64,000 nucleotides of DNA, from contig CAMYKD010000018.1 of NCBI GenBank assembly GCA_947258885.1, positions 27,150-91,149 on the forward strand. Reading direction: 5' to 3'. The DNA is from an uncultured Kiloniellales bacterium. GTDB lineage: Bacteria > Pseudomonadota > Alphaproteobacteria > Kiloniellales > JAKSDN01. Shown in pieces: positions 15,638 through 25,530 of the stretch; the stretch's first letter is position 1; the number at the start of each line of letters is the position of its first letter. The position numbers were made by a program, and so were the translations under genes. Below the pieces are notes generated by a model that ran no database searches, was not told the origin of the DNA, and saw nothing but the letters and a program-made list of their open reading frames with translations.

Positions 15638-15707
15638 GGCGGGTGTCCCCTCGTTGTCATGCGGTGGACGGTTGCGCACTATGGGAACGATCATTAATAT
15701 AAATCAA

Positions 15708-15744
15708 ATCGATATTTTTTATATCTATCATAGGTTATATCGAT
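15708..15744. promoter_or_regulatory. AT-rich divergent phnW/lysR control region with inverted repeat ATCGATAT-N21-ATATCGAT
   Basis: The 8-bp arms lie at 15708-15715 and 15737-15744, in the only AT-rich stretch between the divergent genes. Plausible LysR-type operator; not proven. Confidence 0.3.
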
Positions 15745-16615
15745 GAATTTTGCTCAGCTTCGGGCCTTCCATGCGGTCGCGACCGCGGGCAGCTATACCC
15801 GGGCCTCCGAGACCCTCCACGTCACCCAGCCGACCCTCTCGGGCCAAGTCAAGGCGCTGGAGGAAAGTTACGGCGTGCGGCTGTTCGAGCGACGGGGGCG
15901 GGGCGTCGAACTGACCGGGCTGGGCCGCGGGCTGCTCGACATCACCCGCCGACTCTACGCGATCGAGGCCGAAGCGGAGCAGCTGCTCTCGGCGGCCCGC
16001 AGTCTGACCGGCGGCCAGCTACGGGTCGGGGCCGACGCGCCCTACCACGTGATCCCCCTGCTCGCCGCCTTCAACCGGCGCCATCCGGGCATCCAGCTCT
16101 CGCTGAGCTTCGGCAACTCGGAGAAGGTGCTGCACGACCTCTTCGAACGGCGTAGCGAGGTGGCGGTTCTGGCCGACCTCAAGGCCGACCGGCGGCTCTA
16201 CGCCCTGCCCTTCCGCAGGGACCGCCTGGTGGTCTTCGTCGAGCGGGGCCATCCCTGGGCCCGGCGCCGCAGCATCCGGCTGGCCGAGTTGGCCGACCAG
16301 CGGCTGGTGCTGCGCGAGCCGGGCTCGATCACGCGGGCCATCTTCGAGCGGGCGATTGCGGCGGCCGAAGTGGCGCCGGGCGAGATCCTGGAGATCGGCA
16401 GCCGCGAGGCGGTGCGCGAGGCGGTGGCCGCGGGCCTCGGCATCGGCGCGGTCTTCGAGAGCGAGTTCGGCCGCGACCCGCGCCTGCACGCGCTGGCCGT
16501 GCGCGATGCGGATCTGGAGGCCGTCGAGTCCGCCGCCTGCCTCGAGGACCGCCGGCCGGTGCGCGTCGTGCGCGCCTTCTTCGATCTCATACGGGAAACG
16601 AACCCGGCGATTTGA
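15743..16615 (+). CDS. LysR-family transcriptional regulator (phosphonate cluster)
   Basis: 290 aa. N-terminal wHTH: MNFAQLRAFHAVATAGSYTRASETLHVTQPTLSGQVKALE. Divergent from phnW. Confidence 0.9.
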   Translation: MNFAQLRAFHAVATAGSYTRASETLHVTQPTLSGQVKALEESYGVRLFERRGRGVELTGLGRGLLDITRRLYAIEAEAEQLLSAARSLTGGQLRVGADAPYHVIPLLAAFNRRHPGIQLSLSFGNSEKVLHDLFERRSEVAVLADLKADRRLYALPFRRDRLVVFVERGHPWARRRSIRLAELADQRLVLREPGSITRAIFERAIAAAEVAPGEILEIGSREAVREAVAAGLGIGAVFESEFGRDPRLHALAVRDADLEAVESAACLEDRRPVRVVRAFFDLIRETNPAI

Positions 16616-16888
16616 TGGCCGGCGGCAAGGCCGCGGTTCTTGCCTGTCGCGTAACCTGTCGGTAGTAATTTTGGAGCATTCTGCCTCGGACGACTCGGCC
16701 GGACCCTCCTCGGGGATGGGTCGATCGGCCTTGCCGTACCATGGTCATGAGCCAATTTCGCCCGTGGACGACCGTGGCAAGTCGAGAGGTTCGATGAACG
16801 TGCCAGACATCATCGGGAATATCTGTCGGGCCTTATCCGGCTGGCCGGACGTATTGGATTTTCAGGTAATAATGTTCAGGGGTAGATC

Positions 16889-18109
16889 ATGACGGGACCT
16901 TCGCGTTGGACACGAGCGCCCACTTGGTTTGCAATCCTTTTGGTGGCGGTCGCTCTCTCGGCCTGCATCACGGTCGTCGAGCAACAGCGGCCCTACGTGC
17001 AGCCCCAGCCCCAGGTGCCTCTGGTACCGTCGATCGAGGGCCTGGCGTTGGACCGCGCCCGGGCAGAGCTCGAGCACGCCGGCTACCGGCTGGGCCACGT
17101 GGCCAAGGAGAGGGACCGCTACGCTCCGCCACGATCGGTTCTCTGGCAAGACCCGGAACCCTATACACGGGCGCCCAGGGGCAGCCGTGTGGACGTCGTT
17201 ATCGCAGCGCGCGCCCTGCCCGATGCCGCCCCGCCGCCGGACCTGACCTCGGTTCCGGAGCTTCACGGCCTCAGGCTCAAGAAGGTCCGGCGTGAACTCA
17301 GGCGCGCCGACCTTCGCCTTGGCGAGGTCACCGAACGCTTTACCAACCGCGCGCCCGCAGGCACCGTTATCCGGCAGCGTCCCTCCGCGACGCGTCGGGT
17401 AGAGCCCGGCAGCACCGTCAACATAGTGATCGCCCGGGCCGAGGCCAACCAGCCGGTCGCCGGGGCCAAAGTGCCGAAACTGCGCGGCCTGCCCCTCCAA
17501 AAGGCCCGCGCCAGACTGGACCAGGCGCAGCTTCGCCTGGGTCAGGTCACGGAAAGGGCCGATAACAACGCCCGCAGGGGAACCGTGATCGGCCAGCAGC
17601 CCGCGCCGCGGACCCAGGTCCGGCCCGGCACCGCGGTCGACCTGGTGATCGCCGGACGGCAGCCGAACCAGCCGGTCGCCGGGGCTAAAGTGCCGAAACT
17701 GCGCGGCCTTTCCCTCAAGCAGGCCGGCGCCAGGCTAAAGCAGGCGCAGCTCCGACTGGGCCAAGTGACAGAGAAGGCCGATGGCAACGCCCGCAGGGGA
17801 ACCGTGATCGGCCAAGAACCCGCGCCGAAGCGGCAGGTCAAGCCCGGCACGGCAGTCGATGTCGTGGTCGCCGGCGCCAGTCAGGAACAGCAGCCCAATG
17901 CGGTCGAAGTTCCCGACCTGGTCGGCAAGAATGTCAGAATCGTCGGCGCCTTGCTCGAGCGCTCAGGTCTGAAACTCGGCACGATACGCAAGGAGAAGGA
18001 GGGCAACGGCAAGCGCAACACGGTGCTCGTGCAGACGCCGCAGCCCGGCACGATGGTCCGACCGGGCACCGCCGTGGATCTGGTCGTCCTGAGAACGCGA
18101 GACAAGTGA
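16889..18109 (+). CDS. lipoprotein composed of five PASTA domains
   Basis: 406 aa. Lipobox: LLVAVALSAC. It contains five ~70-aa repeats of the PASTA pattern (VP.L.GL.L..A...L..A.L.LG.V.......GTVI.Q.P...T.V.PGT.VDLVIA). No kinase or transpeptidase domain is attached. Confidence 0.8.
   Translation: MTGPSRWTRAPTWFAILLVAVALSACITVVEQQRPYVQPQPQVPLVPSIEGLALDRARAELEHAGYRLGHVAKERDRYAPPRSVLWQDPEPYTRAPRGSRVDVVIAARALPDAAPPPDLTSVPELHGLRLKKVRRELRRADLRLGEVTERFTNRAPAGTVIRQRPSATRRVEPGSTVNIVIARAEANQPVAGAKVPKLRGLPLQKARARLDQAQLRLGQVTERADNNARRGTVIGQQPAPRTQVRPGTAVDLVIAGRQPNQPVAGAKVPKLRGLSLKQAGARLKQAQLRLGQVTEKADGNARRGTVIGQEPAPKRQVKPGTAVDVVVAGASQEQQPNAVEVPDLVGKNVRIVGALLERSGLKLGTIRKEKEGNGKRNTVLVQTPQPGTMVRPGTAVDLVVLRTRDK
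17447..17884 (+). repeat. 219-bp in-frame tandem duplication (PASTA repeats 3 and 4)
   Basis: AACCAGCCGGTCGCCGGGGC(C/T)AAAGTGCCGAAACTGCGCGGCCT... recurs at 17447 and 17666. Nucleotide identity is high across the unit. Confidence 0.85.
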
Positions 18110-18173
18110 CGGCGGTCATGGCCCAAACGGCAGACCATGGCGTGATCCGGCGGCACGGCGACGGGCGCGCCCC

Positions 18174-20174
18174 TCACCTCGTTCGCCAGGCCTGGGTGCG
18201 GCGGTGCAGGCCGCGAGTGAGGCCCGCGTGCAGCAGGCGCACGCCGGCATTGGTATAGAAGATCATCATGCCCATGGCCGCGGCCGGAGCGATGTCGCCA
18301 GCGTCGTCCATGTTGAGCACCGCGACCGAGGCCAGCGTCGTGTCCGGCGAATATAGGAAGACGACCGCCGAGACCGTCGTCATGGCGTTGACGAAGAGAT
18401 AGATCGAGATATCCAGGATGGCCGGCAGGCAGACCGGCACGGTGACCCGCGCGAAAATCTTGGTGAATGGCTGTTTGAGCGATTGCGAGACCGCTTCGAA
18501 CTCCGGGTCCATCTGCTTCAGCGCGGTCACCGCGGTCAGGTGCGAGACCGTGTAGAAGTGGGTCACGGTACAAATCACGAGAATGCCCATGGTACCGTAA
18601 ACGAAGTTGAGCGGATTGTTCGGGTGGTTGAAGAAGAAGATGTAGGCGAGCCCCAGCACCATGCCCGGGATCGCCATCGGCATCATGGCAAGAAACTGGA
18701 AGCCCGTGCGCCCACTGTTGAACCCCTTGCCCTTCTCGACCATGTAGGCCCCGGTGAACACCATGAAAGTCCCGACGACCGCTGTGTAGAACGCCATCCG
18801 GACGGAGTTCGCATAGGAATCCCAACCGCCGCCGTCCATGACGTCGAAGTTGTAGTTGCCCAGGCTGAGCGACAGGTTGTAGGGCCAGAACTTGATCAAG
18901 GCGGCGTACTGGCAGACCGCTAGCACGCCGAGGACGAAGAAGGCGACGAAGCAACAGTAGGCGAACATGGCCCGATCGAAGCGCCGGCTGGGTTTCGGCT
19001 CGTAAGGCACGGCGCGGGCCGAGAGCAGCGCCACCTGTTTCTTCTGGACGATGCGGTCGACCGTGAAGGCGATCAGGGCCGGGATCAGCAGCACCACGCT
19101 GACCACCGCGCCCATCTGGAAGTTCTGCTGGCCGATCACCTGCTTGTAGATGTCGACCGCGAGCACGTTGAACTGCCCGCCGATCACCTTGGGCACGCCG
19201 AAGTCGGTGATTACTAGGTTGAACACGACGAAGGCCGCGGAAATCAGGCCGTAGCGCGCGCCCGGAATCGTTACGGTCCAGAAGATCCGCGGCTTGGGCG
19301 CCCTGAGCGCGACCGCCGCCTCGTAGAGCCTGGCGTCGGCGATCGACAGCGCCGTGATGATGATGATGAGCGCGTGCGGAAAGGTGAAGAAGACCGAGGC
19401 GATCACGATCCCGGTCGGACCGTAGATCTCGGAAGGGCCATAGGCGCCGTTGGCCAGCATGTCCCACCAGGGCGCAACCGTCTCTTCACCGAACGCCCAC
19501 TCCGCCACCTTCAAGACGAGGCTCTGCTTGCCGAAGAGATAGATCAAACCGATGCCGGCGAGCAGCGAGGGCACCAGGATCGGCACCATGGCGATCATCT
19601 TGAACGCGCCCTTGAAGCGCATGCAGCTTCGGGTCAGCGCGTAGGCATAGAGAAAGGCCAGCGTCACGGTGACGATCGTGCTGATCACCGCGATCATGAG
19701 GCTGTTGTGGATCGAGGTGAACAGTGCGGGGGTCGAGAAGTACGACAGGTAGTTGCCGGTCCCGGTCGCCTGTGTCGGGCGGATTTGGACACGCCGAAAC
19801 TCGCCGCTGGTCAGCTCGAACCAGTCCGTGCCGGTGGCCGGTCGGCCCTTGACCAGGAAACCGCCGCTGCCCTCCTTCGTGTTGCGGATACGGTAGAGCG
19901 TCTTGGCCCGGAAGCTGAAATCGGGGAAGAAACGGGTCGCCGGAAAACGTCCGTCGGCCGTGGTGACGAGGGCCCCCGGGGCCACGACGCCCAGGCCTTC
20001 GCCCAGCGCCATCGCGTTCAGGGTCTCGCCCCAGCCCTCGCCCCTGTCGACCTGGAATTCCACCGCGTCGAAACGGAAGGCATAGGTTTCGAAGGACTTG
20101 GACAGCATGACGTAGAGCGGAAAGGCGAGCGCGATCAGCAGGTAGAGAACGATCACCAGCATGTAGGCGCGCAT
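18174..20174 (-). CDS. phnU: 2-aminoethylphosphonate-type ABC transporter permease (fused double permease)
   Basis: Start at MRAYMLVIVLYLL (ATG 20174). ~666 aa and multi-TM, with two binding-protein-dependent permease units. Downstream of phnS and phnT. The N-terminal 110 aa of the track ORF overlap phnT and look spurious. Confidence 0.8.
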   Translation of the reverse strand: MRAYMLVIVLYLLIALAFPLYVMLSKSFETYAFRFDAVEFQVDRGEGWGETLNAMALGEGLGVVAPGALVTTADGRFPATRFFPDFSFRAKTLYRIRNTKEGSGGFLVKGRPATGTDWFELTSGEFRRVQIRPTQATGTGNYLSYFSTPALFTSIHNSLMIAVISTIVTVTLAFLYAYALTRSCMRFKGAFKMIAMVPILVPSLLAGIGLIYLFGKQSLVLKVAEWAFGEETVAPWWDMLANGAYGPSEIYGPTGIVIASVFFTFPHALIIIITALSIADARLYEAAVALRAPKPRIFWTVTIPGARYGLISAAFVVFNLVITDFGVPKVIGGQFNVLAVDIYKQVIGQQNFQMGAVVSVVLLIPALIAFTVDRIVQKKQVALLSARAVPYEPKPSRRFDRAMFAYCCFVAFFVLGVLAVCQYAALIKFWPYNLSLSLGNYNFDVMDGGGWDSYANSVRMAFYTAVVGTFMVFTGAYMVEKGKGFNSGRTGFQFLAMMPMAIPGMVLGLAYIFFFNHPNNPLNFVYGTMGILVICTVTHFYTVSHLTAVTALKQMDPEFEAVSQSLKQPFTKIFARVTVPVCLPAILDISIYLFVNAMTTVSAVVFLYSPDTTLASVAVLNMDDAGDIAPAAAMGMMIFYTNAGVRLLHAGLTRGLHRRTQAWRTR

Positions 20175-20238
20175 GATCCAGTCGTCGCGCCCGACCTTTG
20201 GCCGGATTACCGGTGCCCGTGCGACAGCCTGGGCGGTG

Positions 20239-21354
20239 CTAGCCACGGACGGCGCTTCCCGGGTAGATGCGGATGCGCTCCCGAGGCAGCAGGACCGAAA
20301 GGGCGTCGCCCTCGTTGATGCCCTGGCTGCGGACCAGGTTGATCGACAGATCGGCGCGGAGGCGTGCTTCGCCGAGACCTTCGGACACCAGATCGGCGCG
20401 GTAGAAGGAGCCGAGGAACTCCATCTCGCCGATACGCGCCTCGACGGCGTTCTCCTCGCCGCCCTGAACGCTCTGGACCACGATGTCCTCGGGCCGCACC
20501 GCAACGGTCACCGCCGTACCCTCGGCGAGGCCATCGGATTCGCAGGCGAGGTCGACCCCGGCGAGCCGCACCCGGTCCGGTCCGGAAACGGTGCCCGGCA
20601 CGAAGTTCATGGTGCCGATGAAGTCGGCCACGAAGGAGGTCGCCGGAAGCCGGTAGATTTCGAGCGGCGTACCGATTTGCTCGATTACGCCGTGGTTCAT
20701 GACCACGATACGGTCGGCCATGGTAAGCGCCTCCTCCTGGTCGTGGGTTACCATGACCGTCGTGATGCCGAGGCGCCGCTGCAGGTCCTTGACCTCGTGA
20801 CGCAAGTGAACCCGCACCTTGGCGTCGAGCGCCGAGAGCGGCTCGTCGAGCAGCAGCAGGCCGGGCGAGCTGGCGATCGCGCGGGCCAAGGCGATGCGTT
20901 GCTGCTGTCCGCCGGACAGCTGCGCCGGGTACTTGTCGCCCTGGTCCGGCAGGCCGACCAGGTCCAGCAGCTCCGTCACCCGGGCCGCGATCTCGGCCCG
21001 CGAGGCCTTGCGGTTCTCCAGCCCGTAAGCGATGTTCCTGGTCACGGTCAGGTTAGGAAAGAGCGCGTAGGACTGGAACACGATGCCGAAATCGCGCTCG
21101 GACGGCGGCAGCGCCGAGATGTCCTTGCCGGCCTGCTCGACCCGGCCGCGGGTTTGGATGTCGAGCCCGGCGATCGCCCGCAGGAGTGTCGTCTTGCCGC
21201 AGCCCGAGGGTCCGAGGAAGCAAACGAACTCGCCCTCGTAGATCTCGAGCGTGACGTCCTTCAGCGCGGTGAAGCCGCCGAACTTCTTCGTCAGATCCTC
21301 GATGCGCAGATAGACCGTACGGTCCGTCTCCCCGCCTGCCCCGGATTCGCTCAT
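20239..21354 (-). CDS. phnT: 2-aminoethylphosphonate-type ABC transporter ATP-binding protein
   Basis: Start at MSESGAGGE (ATG 21354). Walker A: GPSGCGKT. Signature: LSGGQQQR. Walker B: LLLLDEPLSALD. PotA/CysA-like C-terminal domain. Confidence 0.85.
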   Translation of the reverse strand: MSESGAGGETDRTVYLRIEDLTKKFGGFTALKDVTLEIYEGEFVCFLGPSGCGKTTLLRAIAGLDIQTRGRVEQAGKDISALPPSERDFGIVFQSYALFPNLTVTRNIAYGLENRKASRAEIAARVTELLDLVGLPDQGDKYPAQLSGGQQQRIALARAIASSPGLLLLDEPLSALDAKVRVHLRHEVKDLQRRLGITTVMVTHDQEEALTMADRIVVMNHGVIEQIGTPLEIYRLPATSFVADFIGTMNFVPGTVSGPDRVRLAGVDLACESDGLAEGTAVTVAVRPEDIVVQSVQGGEENAVEARIGEMEFLGSFYRADLVSEGLGEARLRADLSINLVRSQGINEGDALSVLLPRERIRIYPGSAVRG

Positions 21355-21483
21355 ATCCCCGTTTCCTGCAACGCGCCCTTTTCCGTGACGATAGCACTTC
21401 GCGGGCCGACAGGAAAAGAAAGCCGGCCGCCGCCGTGTCACCCGGCGGCGGCCGGCTGGTTCAGCGGTCGGCTGAGAGCCGGT

Positions 21484-22524
21484 CTAGTTCTTCGGCTCCG
21501 ATTTGCCGTCGTAGCGCTTCTGCCACTCGGCGAGAATCGCCTTGCGGTTGTTGGCGGCGAACTCGAAGTCGTTGTCGATCATCGCCTCGGTGATGCCCTC
21601 CGGGAAGTACTTCACCGGCTTGGCGATGCCCGGAATGGCGACCACGGCATAGCCCTCGTTGTAGAGCTTGTTGGCCTTCTCGGTGATCGACCAGTCGACC
21701 AGATTCTTGGCGGCCTCCAGCTTGCCGGTCCCGGCGATGATCGCGGTCGCTTCCATGTCCCAGCCGATGCCTTCCTTGGGTACGATGATCTCGAGCGGCG
21801 CGCCCGCGGCCTTGGACTTGGCGCCGCGGAACGCGAAGGAAACGCCGATCGGCACCTCGCCGGCCGCCGCCTGCTTGCAGGGCTTGGAGCCGGAGTGGGT
21901 GTAGTGGCTGATGTTCTCGTGGAGCGCGTCCATGAACTCCCAGCCGCCCTTCTCGCCGAATATCTGCAGCCAACTGGAGACGTCGAGGAAGCCCGTGCCC
22001 GAGGAGTTCGGGTTGGGCATGGCGACATGGCCCTTGTAGACCGGCTTGGTCAGGTCCTTCCAGGAGGTCGGTGTCGGCAGTTTGTTCTTGTTGGCCTCGA
22101 CGGTATTGACGCAAACCGAGGCGACCCAGGCGTCCATGCCTGTCCAGCTCGGCGGGTTGTCCTTGTCGCGGAACTTCGGATCCAGCTTGTCCAGCCCCTT
22201 GGGCGCATAGGGCTCAAGCATGCCCTCGCCCTTCATCAGGAGCAAGCTGGTCGCCGCCAGACCCCAGACCACGTCGGCCTGCGGGTTGTTCTTCTCGGCC
22301 AACAGCTTGGCGGTGACGATGCCGGTCGAGTCCCGGACCCACTTGATCTCGATATCCGGATAGTCCTCGTTGAAGGCCTCGGCATAGCGCTTCAGGTCCT
22401 CGGCCTCCACTGCGGTATAGACGGTCAGTTCCGTCTTGGCGACGGCTCCACCGGCCACGAAGGCCAGACCGGCAGCCGCCATGACGGTGCCCTTGAAAAC
22501 TTGGCTGAATACTCCCTGTTTCAT
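21484..22524 (-). CDS. phnS: 2-aminoethylphosphonate-type ABC transporter periplasmic substrate-binding protein
   Basis: 346 aa with a signal peptide (...AAGLAFVAGGAVA). Iron(III)/2-AEP-type SBP. First gene of the phnS-T-U operon. Confidence 0.8.
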   Translation of the reverse strand: MKQGVFSQVFKGTVMAAAGLAFVAGGAVAKTELTVYTAVEAEDLKRYAEAFNEDYPDIEIKWVRDSTGIVTAKLLAEKNNPQADVVWGLAATSLLLMKGEGMLEPYAPKGLDKLDPKFRDKDNPPSWTGMDAWVASVCVNTVEANKNKLPTPTSWKDLTKPVYKGHVAMPNPNSSGTGFLDVSSWLQIFGEKGGWEFMDALHENISHYTHSGSKPCKQAAAGEVPIGVSFAFRGAKSKAAGAPLEIIVPKEGIGWDMEATAIIAGTGKLEAAKNLVDWSITEKANKLYNEGYAVVAIPGIAKPVKYFPEGITEAMIDNDFEFAANNRKAILAEWQKRYDGKSEPKN

Positions 22525-22615
22525 GTGTTCTTGCTCCTTCCTGTTGGGGCCGGCTTGGCATCCTGCCGGCGCCGGCCTGATGGGGCCTTACTCGGCCCCG
22601 TTCTACTTTTCATAA

Positions 22616-22631
22616 TTGCATTATATTGCAA
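22616..22631. promoter_or_regulatory. TTGCA-N6-TGCAA palindrome upstream of phnS (LysR-box candidate)
   Basis: TTGCATTATATTGCAA lies ~90 nt upstream of the phnS start, in an AT-rich spacer. It fits the generic T-N11-A LysR pattern. Confidence 0.3.
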
Positions 22632-22854
22632 CTTTACGACGGCCGCCCTGAATATTCCTCCCAAATGCTTGTGAACCGCAAGCCCGCTGTGGGCCTGCCC
22701 CCAATATCGGCCGTTTTCGCTCTCGCCATGCCCAGTGGCCACGAATTTTCGGATGAATCCCATGCCGTGTCCGCTATGCTGGACAGATGAGCACAAACCG
22801 GCCCGGTGGTGGTCTCCCGACCGCGCTCCGCGGGGCCGAAGACAGGGAGGAGTT

Positions 22855-24450
22855 ATGAATATGCACAAAACTTTCGCCTGCCTCGCGCTGGGGTTGGTTC
22901 TCGCGCTCGGCGGTACGCCGGCCACGGCCAAGACACCGAACGACACCCTCGTGATTGCCAAGGACATGAGCGACATCATCACCCTCGATCCGGCCGAGGT
23001 GTTCGAGTTCACCGGCGGGGAGCTGATCGCCAACATCTACGACCGGGTCATGATGTTCGAGCCCGAGGACCTGACCAAGCTGGTCGGCGGGGTCGCGGAA
23101 AGCTACACGGTCAGCGACGATGGCAAGACCATCACGCTCAAGGTCCGGGCCGGCCAGACGTTCCACTCCGGCAACCCGGTAACCGCCGAGGACGTGGCCT
23201 TCTCGCTGCAGCGGGTGATCAAGCTCAACAAGACCCCGTCGTTCATCTTCACCCAGTTCGGCTGGAGCGCGGACAACGTCGACAGTCTGGTCAAGCCGAC
23301 GGACGCCATGACTGTCAGCCTGACCATCAACGCGGAGTTCTCGCCCGGGCTGGTGCTCAACTCGCTGCAGGCCGGCGTCGGCTCTGTGGTCGACAAAAAG
23401 ACCGTCATGGCCAACGAGAAGGACGGCGATCTGGGTTACGAGTGGCTCAAGAATCATAGTGCCGGTTCCGGCGCCTTCTCGCTCAAGACCTGGAAGGCAA
23501 ACGAGCTGGTAACCCTCGAGGCCAACCCGAACTACCGCCACGGCGCCCCGGGCATGAAGCGGGTCATCATTCGCCACGTGCCCGAGCCCTCGGCTCAGCG
23601 GCTGCTGGTCGAAAAGGGCGACGTCGACATCGCGCGCAATCTGCAGCCCGACCAGATCAAGGGCCTGGCCGGTAACAACGATGTCGTGATCGGCAAGTAC
23701 CCCAAGGCGGGCCTGACCTACGTGGCCACCAACGACGCCCACGAGATCCTGAGCAAGCCCCAGGTGCGCCTGGCCATGCGCTACCTGATCGACTACGAGG
23801 GCATGGTCAATTCGTTCCTGGCCGGCGAATACAAAATCCACCAAGCGGTCTGGCCGTCGGGGCTTTGGGGCTCCTATGACGAGACGCCGTTCTCGCTCGA
23901 CATCGAAAAGGCCAAGGCACTGCTCGCCGAGGCCGGCTATCCGAACGGCTTCAAGATCAAGATCGACACCTTGACCGAGGCGCCCTTCTCCGAGATCGCC
24001 CAGTCGATCCAGCAGAGCCTCGCGAAGGCCGGCATCGAGTCCGACATCACCCTCTCGGAGGGTAAGACCCTGTGGCCGAAATACCGGGCGCGCAAGCATG
24101 AGATCATTGTCGCCCGCTGGTCGCCGGATTACATCGACCCGCACTCCAACACCGACTCCTTCGCCCACAATCCGGACAACCGGCTGGAGGCGAAGCTGAC
24201 CGGCAAGCTGGCCTGGCGCACCTCCTGGTTCGATCCGGAGATCAACGTCCTGACCGAGGGCGCGGCCAAGGAGTTGGATCTCACCAAGCGTAAGCAGATG
24301 TACGCCGAGCTGCAGCAAAAGGTGCAGATGGTCTCGCCGTTCTCGATCATGTTCCAGCGTAGCGAGCAAGTCGTGCTGCGCAAGAACGTGAAGGGTTTCG
24401 TGAGCGGCTCCAACTTCGACCTGGTGTTCTATCGGAACATCACGAAATAG
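22855..24450 (+). CDS. ABC transporter substrate-binding protein, family 5 (Dpp/Opp/Nik type)
   Basis: Start at MNMHKTFACLALGLVLALGGTPATA (ATG 22855, GGGAGGAG RBS). ~531 aa. Confidence 0.85.
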   Translation: MNMHKTFACLALGLVLALGGTPATAKTPNDTLVIAKDMSDIITLDPAEVFEFTGGELIANIYDRVMMFEPEDLTKLVGGVAESYTVSDDGKTITLKVRAGQTFHSGNPVTAEDVAFSLQRVIKLNKTPSFIFTQFGWSADNVDSLVKPTDAMTVSLTINAEFSPGLVLNSLQAGVGSVVDKKTVMANEKDGDLGYEWLKNHSAGSGAFSLKTWKANELVTLEANPNYRHGAPGMKRVIIRHVPEPSAQRLLVEKGDVDIARNLQPDQIKGLAGNNDVVIGKYPKAGLTYVATNDAHEILSKPQVRLAMRYLIDYEGMVNSFLAGEYKIHQAVWPSGLWGSYDETPFSLDIEKAKALLAEAGYPNGFKIKIDTLTEAPFSEIAQSIQQSLAKAGIESDITLSEGKTLWPKYRARKHEIIVARWSPDYIDPHSNTDSFAHNPDNRLEAKLTGKLAWRTSWFDPEINVLTEGAAKELDLTKRKQMYAELQQKVQMVSPFSIMFQRSEQVVLRKNVKGFVSGSNFDLVFYRNITK

Positions 24451-24465
24451 CCCTCGAGTACCGCT

Positions 24466-25530
24466 GTGGCACATAGCGGCAATCCGATCGCGGGGACGGG
24501 CACTGGCTCGTCCCCGCGACTATTTGTCGCCAGGGCCGCCAACCTCCTTTTCACGCTGTCGCTGACCTTCGTCGGCCTGACCGCGATCACCTTCATCATC
24601 GGCCGGGTCATGCCCGCCGATCCGGTGTTGGCGATCGTCGGCGACCGCGCGCCCAAGGAAGTCTACGAGGCCATGTACGTGAAGCTCGGCCTCGATAAGC
24701 CGTTGATCCAGCAATACCTGATCTATCTCGTCAACGTGTTGCAGGGCGATTTCGGCAAGTCGATCATGACCACCCGGCCGGTGCTCGACGACCTGATCCG
24801 CTTCTTTCCGGCGACCTTCGAGCTGGCCAGCATCGCCACCATCGCGGGCGTCTTTATCGGCGTGCCCATGGGGGTGGTCGCGGCGGTGCGCCAGGGCCGG
24901 CTGACCGACCACATCGTGCGCGTGGTCGGGCTGATCGGCTACTCGGTGCCGATCTTCTGGCTCGGCCTGATGGCGCTTCTGGTGTTCTACGCGCGCCTCG
25001 AATGGCTACCGGGTCCGGGCCGCATCGAGGTCTACTACGACGGCATCGTCGAGCCTACCACGGGCTTCATATTGATCGATTCTGCGATGCAGAAGGAGTG
25101 GGAGGTGTTCCACAATGCGCTTTCCCATATCGTCCTGCCGGCGGCCATGCTCACGACCTTCGCGCTCGCCTATATTGCGCGCATGACACGCAGCTTCATG
25201 CTCGATCAGCTGAACCAGGAGTACGTCATCACCGCCCGCGTCAAGGGCCTGTCGGAAATGGCAGTGATCTGGCGTCATGCTTTCCGGAACGTGCTCATTC
25301 AATTGATCACCATCATCGGCCTCACCTACGCCTCGCTGCTCGAAGGCTCGGTTTTGACCGAAACGGTCTTCGCCTGGCCCGGCATCGGCCAGTACATCAC
25401 CAACTCGCTGTTCAACGCCGACATGAACGCCGTCATCGGCGGCACGGTGGTCGTCGGCATCTGCTTCGTCGGGATCAACATGATCTCCGATGCGCTCTAT
25501 CGGATCGTCGACCCCAGGGCGCGCCGATGA
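24466..25530 (+). CDS. ABC transporter permease (DppB/OppB-like)
   Basis: 354 aa and multi-TM. The GTG start is uncertain. Confidence 0.8.
   Translation: MAHSGNPIAGTGTGSSPRLFVARAANLLFTLSLTFVGLTAITFIIGRVMPADPVLAIVGDRAPKEVYEAMYVKLGLDKPLIQQYLIYLVNVLQGDFGKSIMTTRPVLDDLIRFFPATFELASIATIAGVFIGVPMGVVAAVRQGRLTDHIVRVVGLIGYSVPIFWLGLMALLVFYARLEWLPGPGRIEVYYDGIVEPTTGFILIDSAMQKEWEVFHNALSHIVLPAAMLTTFALAYIARMTRSFMLDQLNQEYVITARVKGLSEMAVIWRHAFRNVLIQLITIIGLTYASLLEGSVLTETVFAWPGIGQYITNSLFNADMNAVIGGTVVVGICFVGINMISDALYRIVDPRARR

Noticed and set aside
13625-15697. 690-aa ORF on the plus strand
   Set aside because: It lies entirely antisense to phnX and phnW, which have clear family motifs. Its composition is typical of a shadow ORF.
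20173-22674. 833-aa ORF on the plus strand
   Set aside because: It is antisense to phnT and phnS and has no recognisable domain. Shadow ORF.
22774-24474. 566-aa ORF on the minus strand
   Set aside because: It is antisense to the family-5 substrate-binding protein gene. Shadow ORF.
25002-25526. N-terminal extensions of the 487-aa and 607-aa track ORFs in the Dpp-like operon
   Set aside because: These extensions overlap upstream permease genes. ATGA-coupled internal starts at 25527 and 26462 give proteins of canonical length beginning with normal N-termini.
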